A model generated the notes under the pieces. That model ran no database searches, was not told where the DNA came from, and was given only the letters and a program-made list of their open reading frames with translations. The translations under genes and the position numbers were made by a program. Shown here piece by piece: positions 1 through 10,426 of a DNA stretch of 35,502 nt (positions within the stretch are counted from its first letter, which is position 1; every line of letters begins with the position of its first letter). Origin of the DNA: Verrucomicrobiota bacterium (lineage in GTDB: Bacteria > Verrucomicrobiota > Verrucomicrobiia > Verrucomicrobiales > DEV007); the NCBI GenBank assembly GCA_045046875.1, contig JASFYY010000077.1:1-35502 (forward strand), given 5' to 3'.

Positions 1-165
1 GCTTGCAGTGTCAGAGGTTTTAGATATATCTCCGGTTAGGGTTTGGCCTTTGATCAGGTCAACTAGTCCGTATTGATCGTTACGGGCAAATAACAAAGAG
101 TAAATAAGCGCCGCGCAGGCCAGAGCGGCGATGGATGTGGCCAGATGAGTGAGGGTGGAGCGCAT
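1..165 (-). CDS. 5' part of a membrane-anchored or exported protein (runs off the window)
   Basis: Hand translation from ATG at 165: MRSTLTHLATSIAALACAALIYSLLFARNDQYGLVDLIKG..., open to position 1; hydrophobic N-terminal helix; starts 17 nt after the stop of the kinase-like gene. Not in the ORF track. Confidence 0.6.
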   Translation of the reverse strand, partial: MRSTLTHLATSIAALACAALIYSLLFARNDQYGLVDLIKGQTLTGDISKTSDTAS

Positions 166-182
166 AACGATTTCAGCTAGTG

Positions 183-950
183 TCAGTCAGCAGGGGTGGT
201 TTTTATACTGAGCCAGGCGGTGGTGGTGCCTTCGTCGGATCGCAATCCTAGGCGCATGCCCATTTGTCCGGCCAGTATTCCGGCAGTGGTGAGACCGATG
301 CCGTAGTGTTGATTGTTTTTGCTGGTGTAAAAAGGGTTGAACACCTGGCGAAGTTTTTCCGGGGGGATGTCGGCACAGGTATTGCGAATAAAAATATCGA
401 CGTGTTGGGTGTCACCCGAAGTGATGTTGCCGGGCGGCAGGATGTCGATGACGACAGCTGACTGTCCGCTTTCCACACTGGCTTCAGCGGCATTTTTTAT
501 CAATTCCTTGACCACATCATGAAAACGTCCGGTATCCGCGAGAATGGGGGGCAGCGATGGGGCTGGGTTGATTTGTAGCGTAGCTCCGATTTCCTTGCAG
601 ATGGAATTCAGGCTTTGCTCGAGATAGGGCAACATGACTTTGATGTCAGTCGCTGTGGTTTCAATTTGCGCGCAGCCTCCTGCGGTAAGAATGATTTTTG
701 CCAATTCCGATGAGTCGGTGATGGCGCTGCGCATGTGTTCGATATTCTCAGTCATTTCTTCATTGAGATCTTCTTCCATGGCTATAAGCGTCGCGAAACC
801 TTGAATGACCCCAAGAGTATTGTTGTTTTTGTGGATCAGGCCTTGCAGCAGGTTCTTGTAAAAGTCCCGAGTGCTTGAGTTATCAAGAATCAGGGAGTCG
901 GCGAAATGGAATTCGCTGTCGGGTGCGGAGCTGGTAGGATGATTTTCCAT
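183..950 (-). CDS. Sensor-less histidine kinase-like protein (DHp + HATPase_c), degenerate motifs
   Basis: H-box-like IHKNNNTLGVIQG, N-box-like ELIKNAAEA, F-box FNPFYTSK, G2 GIGL; G1 DxGxG replaced by NTCAD; no TM or sensor segment. Confidence 0.75.
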   Translation of the reverse strand: MENHPTSSAPDSEFHFADSLILDNSSTRDFYKNLLQGLIHKNNNTLGVIQGFATLIAMEEDLNEEMTENIEHMRSAITDSSELAKIILTAGGCAQIETTATDIKVMLPYLEQSLNSICKEIGATLQINPAPSLPPILADTGRFHDVVKELIKNAAEASVESGQSAVVIDILPPGNITSGDTQHVDIFIRNTCADIPPEKLRQVFNPFYTSKNNQHYGIGLTTAGILAGQMGMRLGLRSDEGTTTAWLSIKTTPAD

Positions 951-984
951 GGATGTGGATGAATAAGTACCTTAAAATGGAGGA

Positions 985-1440
985 ATGATGGCGGATAGCA
1001 ATCCTGAACTATTGATTTTTGAGCATCTTGGCGGCAAAGGGGTTTCTGTTGAGCGCTTGTTGCAGCGTGGGCGTGTGGCGATGCCTTTGTGTTTGGCGCA
1101 GCGGGCTGAGTCGGGTGGTGTTTTGGAGGCACTGTCAGAGGTGGAGGTGAATTTGGTCAGTGACGAGGTGATCGCTGAGGTTCACGATGACTTTATGGGG
1201 GATCCCACGCCTACGGATGTGATTACTTTTCATCATGGTGAGATTTTTATCAGTGTGGATACGGCGGAGCGGGAGGGAGGGACTTATGGTCATTCGGTTG
1301 AAAAAGAGACTTTGCTGTATTTGATTCACGGTTTATTGCATCTGAACGGTCATGAGGACAAGCTGCCCGGGCAGCGTGAGGCGATGACGGAAATACAAGA
1401 GGGGATTTTGGAGCAGGTGTGGCTGGATCAGGAGATGTAG
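985..1440 (+). CDS. ybeY: rRNA maturation endoribonuclease YbeY
   Basis: PTDVITF, GEIFIS and the metal-binding HGLLHLNGHED motif. Confidence 0.93.
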   Translation: MMADSNPELLIFEHLGGKGVSVERLLQRGRVAMPLCLAQRAESGGVLEALSEVEVNLVSDEVIAEVHDDFMGDPTPTDVITFHHGEIFISVDTAEREGGTYGHSVEKETLLYLIHGLLHLNGHEDKLPGQREAMTEIQEGILEQVWLDQEM

Positions 1441-1459
1441 AAAAAGAGTGACTCCGGCT

Positions 1460-1487
1460 TTGAGTGGCCAGCGGATGGGTTTATAGT
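1460..1487 (+). promoter_or_regulatory. Putative sigma70-type promoter, possibly leaderless, for the UreF-like/clpS pair
   Basis: TTGAGT (1460-65), 16 nt, TATAGT (1482-87), 6 nt, in-frame GTG at 1494. Confidence 0.4.
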
Positions 1488-1493
1488 GCGCCC

Positions 1494-2219
1494 GTGGATA
1501 GTGAAAATTCAGATCAAGGCAAAAACAATGGGTCGATTTATCTGGTCGAAAGCGAAAGCGCTTTTGGTGAGATGGAGCGGGCGATAGCTATCTCTGTGAT
1601 GGGGGTAGCGGCAGATGGCGGCAGTATTTTTTCTCCGCTTTCCGGGATGAAAAAAGCTAGAAAGGGTGGGGAGCTGGATGACTTGCAAACATTCAAGCAA
1701 AGTTGGCAGGAGTGGCAGCAGCATTCGTTTCGTGAATTTTTGGCGGAAACTTTTGTGGAGGTTTATACGGCTTCTGCCGAGATGCGGGTTCGGCGCATTA
1801 TGAATTTGGACAAAAAACTGGATTCGCGATTGAGTGGGGCGGAGGTCAAGAGAAGTCGCGAAGCCGGCCGGTGTTTTTTGGAGGGCAAAAGTGAAATGCG
1901 GAGGGCTCCTCAATGGCAAAAATATGCACGAGCGGTGGAGCAGGGGGATTGCCCGGGCCATGTGGTGACGGTGTTTGCCTTGCAGTCGGCATTGTATCAC
2001 TTGCCGTTGTTACCAGCTTTGACCGCTTATGTTTATTTTGAGTGGCGGGCGGGGATGGGCGTTTTTCTGTCTCACAGGGATCAGGATAAGCAGGAGCAAC
2101 AAGAAAAACAGGAGCTCACTTTGCAGTGTTTCCAGCAGCAGTATCCGGAGAGTATGGATGTGGTGCGTGAGTTTTTTGATGGAGGAACGGAGTTTGGTAA
2201 GGCTGTTTCGGCACGGTGA
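1494..2219 (+). CDS. Hypothetical protein, UreF (urease accessory)-like helical fold; start could be 1464
   Basis: LDKKLDSRL..EVKRSREAGRCFL and GHVVTVFALQSALYHLPLLPALTAYVY resemble the UreF patterns (LD...SR..GR.LL; H....G.......AL.AY). No urease genes in the window. Confidence 0.5.
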   Translation: MDSENSDQGKNNGSIYLVESESAFGEMERAIAISVMGVAADGGSIFSPLSGMKKARKGGELDDLQTFKQSWQEWQQHSFREFLAETFVEVYTASAEMRVRRIMNLDKKLDSRLSGAEVKRSREAGRCFLEGKSEMRRAPQWQKYARAVEQGDCPGHVVTVFALQSALYHLPLLPALTAYVYFEWRAGMGVFLSHRDQDKQEQQEKQELTLQCFQQQYPESMDVVREFFDGGTEFGKAVSAR

Positions 2220-2228
2220 TTTTGAGTC

Positions 2229-2522
2229 ATGAGGTCTGCTACGGAATTGGAAGAGTTAACAGTGGTGGAGACGGCGGATGAAGTCGATCTGCCGTGGTCC
2301 GTGGTGGTTTATGATGATCCTGTCAACTTGATGAGTTTTGTGCAGTTGGTGTTCCGGCGGGTTTTTGGCTATTCCGAGCAAAAAGCCGAGGCCTTGATGA
2401 TGGAAGTTCACAACTCGGGTCGATCAGTGGTGTGGACCGGTGAGCGGGAAAAGGCGGAATTGTATGTGCAGCAATTGCAGTCGTATCAATTGCTGGCGGC
2501 GATGGAACGGGTGGGGGAGTGA
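2229..2522 (+). CDS. clpS: ATP-dependent Clp protease adaptor ClpS
   Basis: WSVVVYDDPVNLMSFV...LMMEVHNSGRSVV...EKAE: ClpS core with DD/N and H substrate-pocket residues. Confidence 0.92.
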   Translation: MRSATELEELTVVETADEVDLPWSVVVYDDPVNLMSFVQLVFRRVFGYSEQKAEALMMEVHNSGRSVVWTGEREKAELYVQQLQSYQLLAAMERVGE

Positions 2523-2632
2523 ACGTTATTGCAGGGGTTTGTTCCCCTTTACGTGGCCGTCGCGGAGGACAGATTTGAAAATCTATCCTACGGCTAGTGG
2601 GGTAGTCGCTGCAGCTTCGTGAGAAAACGGTA

Positions 2633-4240
2633 TCAGCTTTTATTCTTGCACTCCAGCGCGGCTTTGACAAATCCGGCAAACAGGGGATGCGGATGGTTGG
2701 GGCGGGAGCGGAATTCCGGGTGAAATTGCGAGGCGATGAAAAAGGGGTGCTCGGGGATCTCGACGATCTCGGTGAGGGTGCCGTCGGGTGAGGTGCCTGC
2801 TACCTTGAGGCCTGCGGCTTCGAACTGTTCACGGTAGTTCTGGTTGAATTCGTAGCGGTGGCGATGGCGTTCGTTGACCCGGTCACTGCCATAGAGTTCG
2901 CGGGAGCGACTGCCCTCGGTGAGCATGGTTTCCCAGGTGCCGAGGCGCATCGATGCACCTTTTTCGTCGACGTCTTTTTGTTCTTCCAAAAGACAGATGA
3001 CGGGGTGCGGGGAGTCGGGATCAAATTCGGTGCTGTTGGCTTTTTCCAAACCGCAGACATTGCGGGCAAATTCGATGGTGGCGATCTGCATACCGAGGCA
3101 GAGACCAAAATAAGGGATCTTGTTCTCGCGGGCGTATTGCGCTGCGGCAACTTTGCCTTCTACACCACGTTCGCCAAATCCACCGGGGATGAGGATGCCG
3201 TGGAGGTCGGCGAGATGGGCGGCAGCTCCGTCATCAAGAATATCTTGAGAATCGAGCCGGACGATGTTGATCCGGCAATCGTTGTCGGCACCGGCGTGGG
3301 TGAGAGCCTCGTAGATACTTTTGTAAGCGTCTTGCAGTTCGATGTATTTTCCCACTACGGCGACGCGGACTTCATTAGACGGGTGGATAACCCGTTCGAC
3401 AAAAGAGGTCCATTCGGTGAGGTCGGGCTCTGGTAGGTCGAGACCGAGGGCGTCACAGACGATTTGGTCAAAACCTTCTTTGCGCAGCTCAAGCGGCGCT
3501 TCGTAGATGGTGTGTTCCAAGTCGAGGAACTGCATCACATGGCTTTTAGGCAGGTTGCAGAACATCGAAATTTTCGAACGCAGGTCGTCGTCGACTTCTT
3601 GTTCAGCACGGCACAGGATGATTTGTGGCTGGATACCGATTTCCCGTAATTTGGCCACACTTTGCTGGGTGGGCTTGGTTTTGAGTTCACCGGCTGCGCG
3701 GATGAAGGGAACCAGAGTGGCATGGATGAAGAGCACATTTTCCGACCCCACTTCGTCATTAAATTGACGCATGGCTTCCAGGAAAGGCAGGCCTTCGATG
3801 TCACCGGTGGTGCCACCGATCTCGGTGATGATGATGTCACCGTCCATCTCTTTGGCCACTTTGTGGATGCGGTTTTTGATTTCGTCGGTGACATGCGGGA
3901 TGACCTGCACGGTGGCACCGAGGTAGTCGCCGCGTCGTTCCTTGCGGATGACGGATTCGTAAACCTGGCCACTGGTGAGATTGTTCAGCTTCGACAAAGC
4001 GCCGGTGGTGAAACGTTCGTAGTGGCCGAGGTCGAGATCGGTCTCGGCTCCGTCGTCTAGCACATAGACCTCGCCATGTTGGAAAGGACTCATCGTGCCG
4101 GGATCGACATTTAAATAAGGATCGAATTTCTGAAGGATGACCTTCAGGCCTCGTCGTTCAAGTAAAGTTCCCAGGGAAGCGGCAGCGAGGCCTTTTCCGA
4201 GAGAACTGACTACACCACCGGTTACAAAAATATATTTCAT
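2633..4240 (-). CDS. pyrG: CTP synthase
   Basis: [62 protein letters not shown]. Confidence 0.99.
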   Translation of the reverse strand: MKYIFVTGGVVSSLGKGLAAASLGTLLERRGLKVILQKFDPYLNVDPGTMSPFQHGEVYVLDDGAETDLDLGHYERFTTGALSKLNNLTSGQVYESVIRKERRGDYLGATVQVIPHVTDEIKNRIHKVAKEMDGDIIITEIGGTTGDIEGLPFLEAMRQFNDEVGSENVLFIHATLVPFIRAAGELKTKPTQQSVAKLREIGIQPQIILCRAEQEVDDDLRSKISMFCNLPKSHVMQFLDLEHTIYEAPLELRKEGFDQIVCDALGLDLPEPDLTEWTSFVERVIHPSNEVRVAVVGKYIELQDAYKSIYEALTHAGADNDCRINIVRLDSQDILDDGAAAHLADLHGILIPGGFGERGVEGKVAAAQYARENKIPYFGLCLGMQIATIEFARNVCGLEKANSTEFDPDSPHPVICLLEEQKDVDEKGASMRLGTWETMLTEGSRSRELYGSDRVNERHRHRYEFNQNYREQFEAAGLKVAGTSPDGTLTEIVEIPEHPFFIASQFHPEFRSRPNHPHPLFAGFVKAALECKNKS

Positions 4241-4995
4241 TCAGTCAAAAACTGTCGGTTTAGTATGTCCGCTTGTTCGGGCGTGTCAATGCCGGGTGAG
4301 TCGTCAGAGGTAATAATTACGTTTATTTTTGCCCCGTTCTCCAGCGCGCGCAGTTGTTCGAGCTGTTCGCACCTTTCCAAAGCGGACGGAGGCCATTTTA
4401 CAAACCTCAATAAAAACTCTCGACTGAAGCCATAAATGCCTTTGTGACGGAGGACTTGCAGGTCTGGTATCGGGCTGCGCGGGAAGGGCAGTGGGCTGCG
4501 GGAAAAATAAAGTGCCCGGCCGTGGTGGTCGAGCACGACTTTGACGACGTTGGGATCATTGAACTCTGGATCTTCGAAACGGATCGGATTGGCGGCGGTG
4601 ACCATTTCGCAGTCGTCTTGATCGATGAGCGTTTGCGCGAGTTCATCGATGAGATCCGGGCTGATAAGAGGTTCGTCCCCCTGGATATTGATCACGTGAG
4701 TGCAGTCGGCTTGTTGTTTGGCGACTTCGGCGATGCGGTCGGTGCCGCTGGGGTGATCGGAGGCGGTGAGCGCTACTTGACCGCCAAAGGCTTCAACGGC
4801 GTCGGCGATGCGTTGGTCGTCGGTGGCGACCACCACGGAGTCGAGGTTTTTACACAGCTGGCAGCGATCCCAGACATGTTGAACCAGGGGTTTGCCGGCG
4901 ATCAGGTGCAGAGGTTTGCCGGGAAAGCGGGTGGATCCCCATCGAGCGGGGATGATACCCAGTATTTTTGCTTTCGAAGCTAAGGCCATGCGCAT
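4237..4995 (-). CDS. kdsB: 3-deoxy-manno-octulosonate cytidylyltransferase
   Basis: [46 protein letters not shown]; 4-nt overlap with pyrG. Confidence 0.97.
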   Translation of the reverse strand: MRMALASKAKILGIIPARWGSTRFPGKPLHLIAGKPLVQHVWDRCQLCKNLDSVVVATDDQRIADAVEAFGGQVALTASDHPSGTDRIAEVAKQQADCTHVINIQGDEPLISPDLIDELAQTLIDQDDCEMVTAANPIRFEDPEFNDPNVVKVVLDHHGRALYFSRSPLPFPRSPIPDLQVLRHKGIYGFSREFLLRFVKWPPSALERCEQLEQLRALENGAKINVIITSDDSPGIDTPEQADILNRQFLTE

Positions 4996-5105
4996 TTATT
5001 GCCTTGATTGGAGAAAAGTTCAAGGTTTCAGATGTTCTTTTAACTGAATGTCTTGCGCTTACCGTCATTGGGTGGAAAATTGAGCAGTAGAGAAATAATC
5101 GGTGA

Positions 5106-6032
5106 GTGAAAGATGAGTCGTGTGAATGGCGGCTATTGAATCAAGAGTTTCAACCCAAATTGAATGTGAATACAGCCTGTTGCCAAATAAGACATTTTTG
5201 TTTGGCGGTGGTGTGTTTCATTCCAGGACTTGTGCAGGGGCAAGAGGTGAAACCGGTTGAGACAAAAGCGGATGCCGCACCGCCGCGCAAAGTAGAGGCG
5301 TTGGATTTGAAAAAATTTCCCGGGGCTTTGGTTCAGCAAGTGGTGGTACCGGTTCCAGGAGAGATATTTTCTGTATTGGACAAGCTAGGGGAGCAGGATT
5401 GGAGTGGGGAGATTGCGATGCCCAAGCGCAAGATTTCGACAGACCGGGTGCAGCTGGCATTGGTGTTTGGCTGTACGGTGGCGGAGGGTTTTGTCACGGT
5501 GGAAGCGGAGGACCGCAAGGCGATTCAAGACGTCGGTCGTCGAGTCTTGCGTCTGGCAGATACTTTAGGGCTTAAGTCGGCGGTGGTGCCGCATAGTCAG
5601 AGCATCATCGATTCGGCTGAAACCGGAGATTGGAATGCGGTGCGACGGGGCTTTGACCAGACTCAGACCACGGTGAAGCAGACCATGGAAAAGATGCGCG
5701 ATGAGGACATCGCTACGCTGGTTAGTCTGGGCGGCTGGTTGAGAGGAACGACGGCGCTGACACGGTTGATTTCAGAATCCTACAGCAGTGACCGTTCGGA
5801 ATTGCTGCATCAACCGGATTTGGTGGCTTATTTTTTGGACGTGATCGCGACGATGAAACCGGAGATCAAGGATCAGGCGGATATCAAGGCTATTTATGAG
5901 GGCTTGGTGAAAATTCAGCGTATTATGAAAGAGGGAGAAATTTCCGAAGGGGCGGTTGCGGGCATTGGGGAGATTTGTTTGGATTTACTGAAGCGATTTT
6001 ATTTTGACGAAGATCAAGCCCAGGGGAGCTGA
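5106..6032 (+). CDS. Hypothetical exported, mostly alpha-helical protein (true start may be downstream)
   Basis: 308-aa ORF; signal-like hydrophobic stretch FCLAVVCFIPGLVQG; co-directional with the next two genes. Confidence 0.7.
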   Translation: MKDESCEWRLLNQEFQPKLNVNTACCQIRHFCLAVVCFIPGLVQGQEVKPVETKADAAPPRKVEALDLKKFPGALVQQVVVPVPGEIFSVLDKLGEQDWSGEIAMPKRKISTDRVQLALVFGCTVAEGFVTVEAEDRKAIQDVGRRVLRLADTLGLKSAVVPHSQSIIDSAETGDWNAVRRGFDQTQTTVKQTMEKMRDEDIATLVSLGGWLRGTTALTRLISESYSSDRSELLHQPDLVAYFLDVIATMKPEIKDQADIKAIYEGLVKIQRIMKEGEISEGAVAGIGEICLDLLKRFYFDEDQAQGS

Positions 6033-6036
6033 GATT

Positions 6037-6519
6037 ATGGCGAAAAAATGGCAGAAAGCTAAGTTGGGCATTGCACTGCGGGTGCTGCTGATATGGGTGT
6101 TTTTAGTTGTTGGAGGAAGTGGGGTGGTGCAAGGGTTTTCGAAGATGGGGGTGCCTGGTGTTTTGAAAAAGCTGGCGCAGGAGTATTCTGAAAAAGGCTT
6201 TAAGCTGAGGAAGGAGCATTGGAATGGCAAGCTGAAAATAGGGCAGCACAAAGTGGTGAAACACCAATTGTTCCGCGGCAATGAATATTGGTTTCTAGCG
6301 GCGATCACCGAGAGTCAACACGCTTTGGAGGTGGAGGTTTTTGATGAAAGCGGGCAAGCTATTTCATTGGAGAAATTTTCGAATAAGGGTTTGTCCGGGG
6401 CTCGAGTGCTGCCGGTAAAAACGGGCACTTATTTGATCAAACTCACAGTGAATCAGGAGGGGGCAGGCAAGGAGGGCGGAGCAGATCTTGATTGGGCTTT
6501 GGTTTACGGATACCGTTAG
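6037..6519 (+). CDS. Hypothetical exported small beta-rich protein
   Basis: ATG at 6037, 4 nt after the previous stop; N-terminal basic + hydrophobic signal; beta-strand pattern (EYWFLAA, LEVEVFD, GTYLIKLTV). Confidence 0.7.
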   Translation: MAKKWQKAKLGIALRVLLIWVFLVVGGSGVVQGFSKMGVPGVLKKLAQEYSEKGFKLRKEHWNGKLKIGQHKVVKHQLFRGNEYWFLAAITESQHALEVEVFDESGQAISLEKFSNKGLSGARVLPVKTGTYLIKLTVNQEGAGKEGGADLDWALVYGYR

Positions 6520-6526
6520 GCCGACC

Positions 6527-7540
6527 ATGGAAACTCAAGCTGCACAAAATCCGAATCAAGTCTCAGAAACACTGACTTTTGAAAACCCGCATTTTTTGCA
6601 GTCCTTGTTCGCCAACGATTTGAGTTTGTTGAAACAATTGCAGCAGAAATTTTCGGTCAAAGTGATCACCCGAGATGGCTGGTTGAAGCTCGAGGGTGAT
6701 CGGGCGGATGTGGTTCAAAGTAAAGCGGTGTTCGAGACTTTGGAATCGGTGCGGCGTAAAGGTGGACAGATCAGCGCGCATACCTTTCGCCTGGCGATGG
6801 AGCAGGCCTTGGAGAGTGGGGGAGGTGATCAGGGCAGTGGAGCATTGGTGAAAAGAGCTTCATTGGACGATTTGGCTGACTTGCGCTTGTTGGGATCGGC
6901 GAGCAAACCTGCGGTGATGCCGAGGACCGCCGGGCAGTTGAATTATCTCAAAGCCTTGCAGCGCAACGATGTGGTGTTTGGCCTCGGGCCGGCGGGAACG
7001 GGCAAAACTTTTCTCGCCATGGCCCACGCTTTGCAGCAGTTGAAGGATCGCAAGGTTGATCGTATCATCATGACCCGGCCGGCGGTGGAGGCGGGCGAGG
7101 CACTGGGTTTTTTGCCGGGGGATTTGCAGGAGAAAGTATTCCCCTATTTGCGTCCTCTTTATGATGCGCTTTACGAAATGTTGGAGGGGGATGAAGCGCA
7201 GAAACTGATCGATAAAAATCTGATTGAAGTGGCACCTTTGGCTTATATGCGGGGCAGGACCTTGAACCGGGCTTATGTGATCCTGGATGAAGGGCAGAAT
7301 GCCACTAAAGAGCAAATGTTGATGTTTTTGACCCGTTTGGGTGAGGACTCGAAGTGTGTGGTGACGGGGGATCCGTCGCAGATTGATCTGCGACCGAGGA
7401 AGCTGTCGGGATTGTTGGAAGCGATGGAGTTATTGCGCGGGGTGGAGGGGATAGAGTTCACTGCTTTTGATCGCAGTGATGTGGTGAGACATCCGGTGGT
7501 GGAACGGATTATCGAGGCTTATGAGAAGCGGGGGGAGTGA
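6527..7540 (+). CDS. phoH: PhoH-family ATPase (YbeZ-like) with N-terminal KH-like region
   Basis: GPAGTGKT, RPAVEAGEALGFLPGDL, PLAYMRGRTL, ILDEGQN, GDPSQIDL, DVVRHPVV. Confidence 0.95.
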   Translation: METQAAQNPNQVSETLTFENPHFLQSLFANDLSLLKQLQQKFSVKVITRDGWLKLEGDRADVVQSKAVFETLESVRRKGGQISAHTFRLAMEQALESGGGDQGSGALVKRASLDDLADLRLLGSASKPAVMPRTAGQLNYLKALQRNDVVFGLGPAGTGKTFLAMAHALQQLKDRKVDRIIMTRPAVEAGEALGFLPGDLQEKVFPYLRPLYDALYEMLEGDEAQKLIDKNLIEVAPLAYMRGRTLNRAYVILDEGQNATKEQMLMFLTRLGEDSKCVVTGDPSQIDLRPRKLSGLLEAMELLRGVEGIEFTAFDRSDVVRHPVVERIIEAYEKRGE

Positions 7541-7602
7541 ACCGCTAACCGCCTTCGCTAAAGAGCTATGGCGAGTTAAGATGGACACTAATCAACACGA
7601 AT
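7540..7602 (+). repeat. AACC + triple ~10-nt repeat end (AACCGCTAAT-GGACACTAAT-CAACACGAAT) interrupted by a small hairpin element
   Basis: Removing 7548-7580 restores three periodic units ending in AAT; starts at the phoH stop. Confidence 0.5.
7549..7580 (+). repeat. Small hairpin element CCGCCTTCGC...GCTAYGGCG, copy 1
   Basis: Related copy at 35454-35486; outer CGCC/GGCG stem and inner GCT/AGC stem. Confidence 0.6.
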
Positions 7603-7618
7603 AGTTGAGGAGGAGGTT

Positions 7619-8056
7619 TTAGTCCGGGAGCAAGGGGGATAGTGAAATTTGGGAAGGGTTTTCCGGGTTGTATTTAATTTTGATGTTATTTTCAGGAGCG
7701 AGCAAGGCGTTATAATCCGTGTTGGAATGACGATTGAATGATGTGAATAGATTTTTTTGATAGGTGGTGCCGTCAATTTCAAATTGGATTTCAAGTGCGA
7801 TAGATATTCGGGTTTCGGGTGGGGAATCTTGACTTGCGTGAACGTATTCACCGACAGTTGAGCCTTTTATTATGGCGCTAGTAGTAGGCCAGGTGGAAAT
7901 TTGCTGGGATTTTTGAATTCGCTGCTCCTGCCGCCAAATCATTGAGCAGAGAAGAGCCGCTAGCAGTAAGTAGGCAATGGAGTACTGCCGTAAGTGACAG
8001 GCAAATGTCTTCAAATGTTCCCAATAGAGAGCTCTCATTGCTAGCAATAAAATCAT
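7619..8056 (-). CDS. DUF3592-like membrane protein
   Basis: TM helix followed by SQQISTWPTTSAII ... IQFEIDGTTYQ ... IKIKYNPENPSQ, the DUF3592 pattern; visibly AT-richer than neighbours. Confidence 0.7.
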   Translation of the reverse strand: MILLLAMRALYWEHLKTFACHLRQYSIAYLLLAALLCSMIWRQEQRIQKSQQISTWPTTSAIIKGSTVGEYVHASQDSPPETRISIALEIQFEIDGTTYQKNLFTSFNRHSNTDYNALLAPENNIKIKYNPENPSQISLSPLLPD

Positions 8057-8119
8057 TCATTTAGTTAGATTGCAAAACAATATAATATTGAAGCTTTATG
8101 TGAATGTATTCTCTCTCTT

Positions 8120-8147
8120 ATCCGCGTGATCCGTGTGATCCGTGGTT
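8120..8147 (-). repeat. Triple 9-nt repeat end (minus strand AACCACGGAT-CACACGGAT-CACGCGGAT)
   Basis: ATCCGCGTG ATCCGTGTG ATCCGTGGTT read directly on the plus strand. Confidence 0.65.
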
Positions 8148-8181
8148 AAAAAACGAATTTGAGAACGGTCTTTCTCTGCAC

Positions 8182-8212
8182 AAAAAACGGACGAGCTTGC
8201 GCTCGTCCGTTT
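8182..8212 (-). terminator. Intrinsic terminator after groEL
   Basis: Stem AAACGGACGAGC/GCTCGTCCGTTT, GCAA loop on the minus strand, ending in a T6 run. Confidence 0.88.
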
Positions 8213-8281
8213 GAATTTTGACAGTTGATGTTGTCAGCAAATGGCACCTGCCCATTTGAGCAGGTGCCGGTTTTGCAAATC

Positions 8282-9928
<1,647 letters not shown>

Positions 9929-9968
9929 TTATATTATTAAGGTTTTGTTTTTTTGGTTAGTTCAATGA

Positions 9969-10265
9969 TTACCCTTCGATAATTCCGAGGATATCCATTT
10001 CGTTGAGGATGAGGCATTCTTCGCCGTCGATTTTAACGTCGGTTCCGCCGTATTTGGAGATGAGAACTTTGTCGCCCACCTTGACGGTGAATTCGATTTC
10101 TTTTCCATCTTCGTCTTTCCCAGTGCCAAGTGCGATCACTTCAGCGTCCTGGGGTTTTTCTTTTGCACTGTCGGGAAGAAAGATGCCGCCTTCGGACTTC
10201 TGTTCATCATCTTCAATGCGTTTGACCAGCACACGTGTGCCGAGAGGTCTGATTGTTGTAGCCAT
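9969..10265 (-). CDS. groES: Co-chaperonin GroES
   Basis: [43 protein letters not shown]. Confidence 0.99.
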   Translation of the reverse strand: MATTIRPLGTRVLVKRIEDDEQKSEGGIFLPDSAKEKPQDAEVIALGTGKDEDGKEIEFTVKVGDKVLISKYGGTDVKIDGEECLILNEMDILGIIEG

Positions 10266-10426
10266 ACTATTAGTTGGTTATTGTGTGTTTCTCGTTGTTG
10301 ATTTGTTTTTCTTTTGCTTCACTTACGGTTTCCCGAGGGGATTTGACGGAAGTTTTGCTAGAGAAAAACACAACGTCCGGATTCATTTACCAGAGTGGAA
10401 AACGGATCCGAACGAAATGGTTCGGA

